Positions 56,645 through 64,000 of a DNA stretch of 64,000 bases are shown here, in pieces; the first letter of the stretch is position 1; every line of letters begins with the position of its first letter. Made by a program: the position numbers and the translations under genes. The DNA lies in contig OZ220733.1 of the NCBI GenBank assembly GCA_965116875.1, positions 160,001 to 224,000 on the forward strand. The letters run 5' to 3'. The stretch comes from Candidatus Latescibacterota bacterium. GTDB lineage: Bacteria > Latescibacterota > UBA2968 > GCA-2709665. The notes under the pieces are model-generated. The model was not told where the DNA came from and searched no databases. It worked only from the letters and a program-made list of their open reading frames with translations.

Positions 56645-58831
56645 TCACCCCGGATTCATAGCCAGCCAGGATCTCAGCGCCGGCGCCTGCGGGTGGTTTG
56701 GTGCAAGGGTCAAAACTTTCCTGAAATTCGTGCGGGTTTTCTCCACGTCCCCCAACGTGTGATAGACTACGCCCAGGTTGTAGAAGCCCTCGGCGTACCC
56801 GGGGTCCAGCGCCACGGCCTGCTCGTAGGCGGAAATGGCCTGTTGAACCTTCCTCAGGCCGTGATACGCGTTCCCGAGATTCGAATGCGCCCTCGCATTG
56901 CCGGGATTCAGCTCAATCGCTTTTCGGTATGCGCCAACGGCCGCGTCGAACTGTCCCGTTCTATAGTACAGATCGCCCACATTGTAATAGGCCGCCACGA
57001 ACTGCGGATTCAATCCAATCGCGTCCTCGAAATAACCTGCCGCCCGGTCATATTCCCTCAGACCGTACAAAGCGTTGCCCATCTGGAACCGGGCTTCCGC
57101 GAAGTCCGGCTTCAGCGCAATCACCTTCTCAAAGTGTTCGATCGCCAGTTCGTACTTCCCGGTATCGTAGTAAAGATTCCCAAGGTTATAGTGGGCTTCC
57201 GCGAAGTCCGGCTGCAGCGCAATACCCTTCTGAAAATAAGCCGCCGCGCGATCGTACTGCTTCAAATCGTAATACAGATTGCCGAGATTGTAATAGCCGC
57301 CCGCGAATTCCGGATCGGCATCAACGACGCTTTCATACGCCCGGATTGCCTGAACGCCCCTGCCGTGATCCCTGTGATATACCGCAAGCGTCTCCCATCC
57401 GTGCGAGCGGGCGTGCGCCGACAGATATCTCCCCTTCAGATGGCTGGAAAACCGCGCTTTTGCCGATAATTCGTCCGCGTTGACGCCAATCCAGGACACC
57501 GTGTGCAGGACCGCGGCCGCGCAGATCAATCCGGCGGTGTCCGCCGAGACAAAGCGATCCCGAAGCTCGCGGACCAGAGTAAGCGCCGCCCACAACGTCA
57601 TGGGCAATGCCGCAAAAGCGAACACATCCCAATCCCTGAAAGCGCCAAGTTCGGGGTTCGCGACTACGGTAAACAGAATCGGAAACAGCGCGGCGATCAA
57701 AACAAACTGCCGATCGGGCCCCTGCAGCCAGCGCGTCCTTCGGCATAGAAGCAAAACCATCAGAGAAGCTGGCGCAACGAGGAAGGTTTGATTCACGAAA
57801 TCAACCCATTTTCCCATCGAAAACAACCTGTAGTGCTGTTTGGGGCCGGGTTCCGCAAACAGGTTCAGGATATAAAACCCCTGTCTCTTTTGAAGATACG
57901 CGAACAGGTCGAACTGGATCAGCAGGAGCGCACCGAAGAAAACCACCGCGCTTAACAGCATGGCGAATGCCGCTCTTGCGGCCGACCGCCCGGAAACCGT
58001 TGTACCGGAGAAGCCATGCGCCCGGCCTTTGAGTATCGCCAGCGCCAGCAGGGAAGGCGCAAGCGTCATCATCGTAATGTGGAGCGCCATCAGGACGCCC
58101 AGCAACGCCGCGGGCCACCAGATCGCCAGCCTGCCTTCGAGCACGCGAATGCCCAGGAGCAGGTAAAGCAACATAAACGGGAACAGAAACGCGTAATTCT
58201 CAACGTATGCAAAAAAGAGTTGCATATACCCGGCCCCCAACAGCAGAGCCAGAATCAGAAACCGCTCGAGGGCGTCTTTTCCAAGGTGCCGTGCGGCATA
58301 TCTGGCAACAACCAGAAACAGAACCCCGGAAAGACAACTGAATATGCGATACGTGGTCTCGGCGGAAGTCCAGGCGAACGCCCCGGCACGGTGCAGCCCC
58401 CTCACGGTCCAGAACGTCAGAGGCGCGCGGTCCGTCCTCGGGATTTCCGACCAGAAATCCTCCAATTCGCGCATCAGCATCATTCCGTCGCCGAGCAGAT
58501 GCACAGCGGAACGCATGCCCAGGAATAACAGGAGGCCGCCCGACAAGAGCAGGACCCACGAAAGAACCGCTTGCCGGGCGCTGTCTCCGCTGTCGAAAAG
58601 CCGCGCAAAGCCCCACGTCCATCTCCCCAGGCGACCACGAGCGGCCAGAATAAGCAGCGCCACGCTCAACAGAACGAATATCAAACGGAACACGGAGTCG
58701 TGGAACCGAAGGGAATCGGCGCCCCAGACTGACACGGGTTGCCAGTAGGCGAACAGAACGTGCAGCCCGAGAAAAAACCCGACCACAACAATCGGCTTGC
58801 CGGAACCCGAGCCATCTTCTTTGCGGGGCAT
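56645..58831 (-). CDS. Polytopic membrane protein with C-terminal TPR array
   Basis: Multiple hydrophobic helices then repeated AEAHYNLG-type TPRs. Confidence 0.82.
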   Translation of the reverse strand: MPRKEDGSGSGKPIVVVGFFLGLHVLFAYWQPVSVWGADSLRFHDSVFRLIFVLLSVALLILAARGRLGRWTWGFARLFDSGDSARQAVLSWVLLLSGGLLLFLGMRSAVHLLGDGMMLMRELEDFWSEIPRTDRAPLTFWTVRGLHRAGAFAWTSAETTYRIFSCLSGVLFLVVARYAARHLGKDALERFLILALLLGAGYMQLFFAYVENYAFLFPFMLLYLLLGIRVLEGRLAIWWPAALLGVLMALHITMMTLAPSLLALAILKGRAHGFSGTTVSGRSAARAAFAMLLSAVVFFGALLLIQFDLFAYLQKRQGFYILNLFAEPGPKQHYRLFSMGKWVDFVNQTFLVAPASLMVLLLCRRTRWLQGPDRQFVLIAALFPILFTVVANPELGAFRDWDVFAFAALPMTLWAALTLVRELRDRFVSADTAGLICAAAVLHTVSWIGVNADELSAKARFSSHLKGRYLSAHARSHGWETLAVYHRDHGRGVQAIRAYESVVDADPEFAGGYYNLGNLYYDLKQYDRAAAYFQKGIALQPDFAEAHYNLGNLYYDTGKYELAIEHFEKVIALKPDFAEARFQMGNALYGLREYDRAAGYFEDAIGLNPQFVAAYYNVGDLYYRTGQFDAAVGAYRKAIELNPGNARAHSNLGNAYHGLRKVQQAISAYEQAVALDPGYAEGFYNLGVVYHTLGDVEKTRTNFRKVLTLAPNHPQAPALRSWLAMNPG

Positions 58832-59011
58832 AATCGCTCGCTCTCTGTGCAGCCGGTAGGCGCGCGCCCATAAGGGACGCGCCTGCAAGACCAGGTATCC
58901 ACGAATTGAACGCTCAGGGTTCGACGCCGGCGTCAGAATTGCAGGGGCGTCCCATGTGGGCGCCCGGACAATGGTGCTGACAACCGTGAGTCAATTGCGC
59001 AGGGGGAGAGG

Positions 59012-61546
59012 TCACCGCGGCGTCCGTTGCACGATCCGCCGCCCCACCAATACCACAGCCGCCGCGAGCAGCAGGACGACGTCTACGATCAACAGGGAGA
59101 ACCGCAGCGGCGAAAGCGTGGGTTCCAGTACAATCCGGTTCTCGCCGGGACCCAGTTTCAACGCCACAAACCGACCGGCCGTCGTGTACGGCTGCACGTC
59201 ACGGCCGTTCAGGGTGATGCGCTGATGCGGATAGGCCGTATATGCCAGCCGCGCAAAACAGGCCGCGCTGGCGTGTACGACCAGTTCGACCCGCTGGTTC
59301 CATACCCGATGCGCCAGAACGTCCACCCGCGGCGACGTGTCCAGGTCTTCCTTCACGTGCTCGTCTGTCACAAGAATCTGCTTGCACGTACGGTTCCCTG
59401 CATCGACTTCCATCGCCTGCAGCATCTTCACGAAGTTGCTCAATGCGAAGCTCTTCATTCTGCGCGCTTCCCGTTCATCCACGTTGGACCCGGACCGGGC
59501 GCGCGCCCGGTCCAGTTCACGAACCGGATAGGGCCATCCGGAGATCCTCGACGAAACGACGACAGGACTGGCTTCCGGGAACTCTTCGTGAAAGATCCGG
59601 TCCTGTTCGGAATCTGAATACAACAGGTGGCGCGTGTTCATCAGGAAGAATCCCGCGCGGATGAGATCGTATCCCGTCATCTCGTTCAGGCTCGAACCTT
59701 CTTCCAAGCGCTGCAGCGAAAGGTGAAGCAGATCCTGGAAACGACGGACAAAAGCAGGTACCGACAGCGGGTATTGCGTGAACGTATCCAGAGGTGTTGC
59801 CAGACCCGTCCGGAGGGCCATCCAGGGAATGATGAAGTGATAATAGATCCTGTTGGTCGTATGGAACAGCCGATGGCCTGGAATCTGCCCGTCTTCATAG
59901 GTCGCAAGTTCCTCCCGGAACCGTCTGTACACGGGATGATGCTGCAGGGGAAGCGGCTTCACAACCGGCCAGGCGTTCGGGTCCCGTCGCAGGTCCTGCA
60001 AATCGCGCGGGCCGATTCCGGACGCCACGCCGGAAGACCGGTAGGGCTGCTGGAAGGTGGTTGGCCCCAGGTCCGCCAGCACCACCACGAGAATTGCCAC
60101 GAAGACCCCGACGGGGCGTTTTCGCCCGGCGGCTCGCGCGGCCGCAAACAAACCAACCAGCACGGCGATAAAGAACACCGTAAACAGCAGGTAGCGAGAG
60201 GCGCTCATCGCCTGCACAACCTCGAGGGACTTGAGAACCGGCCACCGGTAACCGAATACCAGGAGCAGCGACCCGATCAGACAGATGCCGATCGGAAATC
60301 CCCATTTCCGCACTTCAGCCCGTTCGCTCCGGACTGTTTGCACCAATCCCCACAACGCAATCGCTGCGAGACTCACCCCAAGGTATCCGCCGTACCAGTG
60401 GTCCTGCGCCTGAAAGAGGCGGAAGCGGTAGTTGGACCAGAGCAACAGATGCCGCCACGTGGGCACCGGAAAGTCGGACATGTAGAACCCGGCGTGAAGC
60501 CCCGTCAATCCCCGTTCCAGAACCATCGGAATCGTCAGATAAGCGCCCAGCATCGTGCCCCCGCCGAAGAGCAGCAGACCGTGCCGGACTGAAAAAGGCG
60601 TGTCTCCCCGTCGGGTCATCCGGTACCTGACGACCGCGTACAGGAGCAGAAAGAACGTCGCCCAGAATCCGTACCCGGGATGCGTAACGTGCAGACAGCC
60701 CAGCGCGATCCCGCCGCCTATGGCCTGGGCAAGCCGGTTCGCATGGTTCCGTAGCCCCTCCCAGAAGAAGAACGGAAACGGCAGCAGGGCATAGAACAGC
60801 GACAGCGGCAGCCTGCCCATGATGAGAACCTGCTGCGTATGCCAGAAACTCAACACGTATGCCAGCCCCGCGGCGAATCCGGCCTGTCGCGACCCGGTAA
60901 GCCGCCTCACGAAGAGATATACGCCGAGCCCGGAAAGCGCGTGCGTGGCGCCAAGCGCGAATTTGATTGAAACGAACGGCGCCTGAAGCACGAGATTGAC
61001 CAGCCCGACCAGGTAGTAGAACAGGAAGCCGTAAAACTGCAGGTAGGGTGTGCCGTTGCAGAAATAGTGCGTCCAGATCGGGACTTCACCCTGCATCATC
61101 GACGTGGCCGCCAGCCAGGCGTACGTCACGTGCAAATACGTATCTGCGCCGTGCGCAAATTCCCCCCCGGCAAAATAAAAGCGAACCAGTATCAGACTCC
61201 CCAGAACAAGGAGTACGACCGTTCGCCTTTCGCTTTCGAAAACATGCTCGAAAAACGCCGAGAGCCGCCGCCCGCGCCACTCGATACCGACCAGCAGTAT
61301 GCAAACGGAAAGAATCAGCACCAGCAGCGATGCATCAACGGCGCTGAGATCCACGAACCGCGATACAACGGAAAGGAATCCCTGTAGACTTTGATACCTC
61401 AGGCCCGGTCGGAGAACGCCGAACTTGCCAAGCGTCACAACCTGGAACAAAATCAACAGCCCTGCCAGCAACGCCAGCAGGGCCGACACGTCCAGGGGCC
61501 ATCCGGTCCGTTTACGTCCCTCAGGCCGATTCAAATTGTTGTCCAC
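59012..61546 (-). CDS. Polytopic membrane protein, YfhO / PTPS-related (GT-C-like)
   Basis: GAD..H, PIWTHYFCNGTPYLQFYG, AGLAYVLS, terminal TM helix. Confidence 0.7.
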   Translation of the reverse strand: MDNNLNRPEGRKRTGWPLDVSALLALLAGLLILFQVVTLGKFGVLRPGLRYQSLQGFLSVVSRFVDLSAVDASLLVLILSVCILLVGIEWRGRRLSAFFEHVFESERRTVVLLVLGSLILVRFYFAGGEFAHGADTYLHVTYAWLAATSMMQGEVPIWTHYFCNGTPYLQFYGFLFYYLVGLVNLVLQAPFVSIKFALGATHALSGLGVYLFVRRLTGSRQAGFAAGLAYVLSFWHTQQVLIMGRLPLSLFYALLPFPFFFWEGLRNHANRLAQAIGGGIALGCLHVTHPGYGFWATFFLLLYAVVRYRMTRRGDTPFSVRHGLLLFGGGTMLGAYLTIPMVLERGLTGLHAGFYMSDFPVPTWRHLLLWSNYRFRLFQAQDHWYGGYLGVSLAAIALWGLVQTVRSERAEVRKWGFPIGICLIGSLLLVFGYRWPVLKSLEVVQAMSASRYLLFTVFFIAVLVGLFAAARAAGRKRPVGVFVAILVVVLADLGPTTFQQPYRSSGVASGIGPRDLQDLRRDPNAWPVVKPLPLQHHPVYRRFREELATYEDGQIPGHRLFHTTNRIYYHFIIPWMALRTGLATPLDTFTQYPLSVPAFVRRFQDLLHLSLQRLEEGSSLNEMTGYDLIRAGFFLMNTRHLLYSDSEQDRIFHEEFPEASPVVVSSRISGWPYPVRELDRARARSGSNVDEREARRMKSFALSNFVKMLQAMEVDAGNRTCKQILVTDEHVKEDLDTSPRVDVLAHRVWNQRVELVVHASAACFARLAYTAYPHQRITLNGRDVQPYTTAGRFVALKLGPGENRIVLEPTLSPLRFSLLIVDVVLLLAAAVVLVGRRIVQRTPR

Positions 61547-61617
61547 ACCTGTATTCCGTTCGTCTGCCAGGACCGGCGCATGCCGTGTGCCAATTGTCCT
61601 GCCACCCGTCCGCAGGT

Positions 61618-62256
61618 TTATTCAAAAGAAATTCCGACGCGAGCGGGGAAGAGCTGTGTGCTACCCCGCTCTCCCGAGGTAAATCCGACTTCGAACCGTC
61701 CTTCAACAAAGAGATGTACCCGGTCCGTCATCCGGATGTCGATCCCCGCGCCCGCGTTAATTGCAAATCCTGTCCCTGATTGCCCGGGCACCTCTATCTC
61801 CACGCCGCCAATCTCGGTACCCTGGATATCCACTTCCGAATACGACAGGATCCCGATCCCGCCAACCGCATACGGTACCGCCCGTACATCCACGTCGTCC
61901 GAATCGATCGCCTTCGTATATTTCATACTGGCGAATGCGCTGAAGAGGTGTTTTTCTCCACCTGACGTGGCGATCAACACTTCGAGCGCTTCGTTTTCCG
62001 CCTTGAATTTGCCTTCATCCAGTGCGAAACGGGCGTAACCGAACCTGCCCTGGACGGCCACGCTGGGGTGAATGAAATACTCGACGCCGGCGCCTGCACC
62101 GATACCCGGAAACCAGAATTCCGATACGGAAATGGATGCTGGCGCGGCGATTCCCGCCGTAACAAAATAGATCGGCTTCTGTTGCGCTTCCGCGTCGCCG
62201 CCCCCTCCGCCGGCCAGCAACTGTGCTGCAAGAAAAATCGACAACAATCGCGTCAT
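61618..62256 (-). CDS. Outer-membrane beta-barrel protein (small, OmpA-barrel-like)
   Basis: Signal peptide; GAGVEY, PYAVGGIG, NAGAGIDI; aromatic residue near the C terminus. Confidence 0.78.
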   Translation of the reverse strand: MTRLLSIFLAAQLLAGGGGGDAEAQQKPIYFVTAGIAAPASISVSEFWFPGIGAGAGVEYFIHPSVAVQGRFGYARFALDEGKFKAENEALEVLIATSGGEKHLFSAFASMKYTKAIDSDDVDVRAVPYAVGGIGILSYSEVDIQGTEIGGVEIEVPGQSGTGFAINAGAGIDIRMTDRVHLFVEGRFEVGFTSGERGSTQLFPARVGISFE

Positions 62257-62580
62257 ATTATTTCTCCTTTTTCGATATGACTGCGGCGGAAAGGCGGGCA
62301 CCCACAAGGGGCGCCCCTACAACGGTCGAGGGAATGATCGCAAGGTAAAGGCGCTCGATAAGCCAACGCAAATGCAAACGCGGATCTGCTTTTACGGGAT
62401 TTCCGATAAGCTGCGGACGAAGCGCCTCTGTTGCTTTTCGCGTTGCGCAAGATCTACGTGAGCAGACAGGAATGTCCGCTGCACCCTCGAATCATCGTTC
62501 GCCCCGTTCAATTCCCACACAGTCACAGGCCCGGAGAAAATCACATAAAGGGCCATCAGATCCTTCTCACGTCTAACGTC

Positions 62581-63921
62581 TTACCTCTTGCCGCCTTGCC
62601 CCAGCCTGCGCCATCCCTGAAGTATTGACGGGATCATCTGTTCGGGTTGTCCGGCCTTACGGAAGACGGCCCACATGACGTCCCAGACCTGCGGATTCCA
62701 CTGGCACAGATCGATCCAGTCCGCGCACGGCGTACTATCCCCTTCCTTTGAATCCACGCGCCCGCCAATCACGGGATTATCCACCGACCCGTTCCACATC
62801 TGTTCCAACAGGGTATGCCCGAACCGCTTCATATCGGCGTTGTTGAATACGACGCCACTCCGGCACGCATCGACTGCAAATCCGACGTCGATTCGCCCGT
62901 GGCTGGTATCTTCAATGGCGCTGTGCCCGTGTACGCCGCCTTCGTTCCAGTCCCAGTAGTACCAGGTATACGCCCGGCCTGTTTTCCACAGGTGCCGCTT
63001 GTAATTTTTCGCCATCCGCTGCGCCCGGTCCGCGAACAGGCGTTTCCGCGATACGCTCTGCAAACACAGGTACGCCCGACCCAGCGCGAGATACTGATTG
63101 TGCGGCATAATCCGGTTCGGAAACCGTTCCGTCATCCACGGAGAAAACCGGTATCCGCCTGAGGAAGGGGACGCGTCCACCCAGTCACGTTCGTGCTTGT
63201 CCGCGATCTGCTTTCCGATAAAGCGAAGATACGTCCGGGCGCTGGTTCCAAATCCGGCCTTGAGCCGGTCATTCTTCAGGACGTGCTCGACAAACCTGCT
63301 CACGGGATGCAGGAACATCCCCTGGTGGACGATATATTCCAGCGGCTCACCCGCGAAAACCTGCACCCAGAACCGGTCACCGGCGCGCACAGCGCCATCG
63401 ATGCGTATCTTGAACGGAGCAAAACCGTTCAGCGCGGCGCCTGACCGAAATCGGCCGCCGGCCAACTCCTTCCGTGTACCATACTCCTGGACGACGTACC
63501 GGCGTCCGGGGAGGACCTCCACGACTCGAATGCAATTCTTCGCCATGTCGCCGCCTCGGATCACCCACACCCGATCCTCTCCAGGTGTAATCCGGGCCGT
63601 TCCCCGGTTGTGCATCGATCCCGTTCTCACCAGCGCCACCGAATAGGTCGGTGTAACCCAGGTCGGATGACCGTCGGCAAAGTGGTCCCGGCTTGTTCCG
63701 ATCATCCTGTCGAAATGGTTTACGATCTTCTCCAGCCACTCCTCGTCTCCGGTTGATTCGTACAATTTCACGTACGCATCCAGGAAACCGCTTTCGCCCC
63801 ATCCCAGGCTCCCGGAGTCCGGTACGTCGGCCTGTCCCCGGCCCCGATTATGCGACCGGTCATAGCCGGCGAACCTCTCGACCATTTCCTCGAGATCAAA
63901 TGGCGCTTCGCGCGTGTTCAC
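62581..63921 (-). CDS. Hypothetical protein, possibly (alpha/alpha)6 glycosidase-like
   Basis: Long ORF; LYESTGDEEWL helix motif; GTG after GGAGG; the fold call is tentative. Confidence 0.65.
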   Translation of the reverse strand: MNTREAPFDLEEMVERFAGYDRSHNRGRGQADVPDSGSLGWGESGFLDAYVKLYESTGDEEWLEKIVNHFDRMIGTSRDHFADGHPTWVTPTYSVALVRTGSMHNRGTARITPGEDRVWVIRGGDMAKNCIRVVEVLPGRRYVVQEYGTRKELAGGRFRSGAALNGFAPFKIRIDGAVRAGDRFWVQVFAGEPLEYIVHQGMFLHPVSRFVEHVLKNDRLKAGFGTSARTYLRFIGKQIADKHERDWVDASPSSGGYRFSPWMTERFPNRIMPHNQYLALGRAYLCLQSVSRKRLFADRAQRMAKNYKRHLWKTGRAYTWYYWDWNEGGVHGHSAIEDTSHGRIDVGFAVDACRSGVVFNNADMKRFGHTLLEQMWNGSVDNPVIGGRVDSKEGDSTPCADWIDLCQWNPQVWDVMWAVFRKAGQPEQMIPSILQGWRRLGQGGKR

Positions 63922-64000
63922 GGATGCCTCCACTATGTACGGGCGCCCACAAGGGACGCCCCTACACGGTAAGGGGCGAATAATTCGCTATATAGCAGGA

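Overview
GC-rich bacterial chromosomal window. The gene content (secreted WD40 proteins with C-terminal dockerin-like tails, a GWxTD protein, sulfatase-like and PhyH-type enzymes) resembles Latescibacterota/Poribacteria-like host-associated lineages; this is inference only. The first 11.8 kb is a tandem array of five paralogous signal peptide + ~14-repeat WD40 + dockerin-like genes in the order A-B-B-B-A. The array shows concerted evolution, shuffled repeats, variability concentrated at a few positions per repeat, a conserved intergenic module with an extended Shine-Dalgarno core, and one in-frame amber codon in the fifth gene. This is the best candidate for an undescribed system, possibly a diversifying set of scaffold-docked binders. 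The rest contains a CBS gene plus a 2-oxoacid:ferredoxin oxidoreductase whose beta subunit carries a fused CBS pair, a selA-selB-selC cluster, galU-like, mazG, purB and arsC genes, many catabolic enzymes, two sulfatase-like genes with Thr at the catalytic position (one frameshifted), an orphan hicB, a TA-flanked MITE family and several REP-like families. I saw no CRISPR array, rRNA, transposase, integrase or reverse transcriptase.
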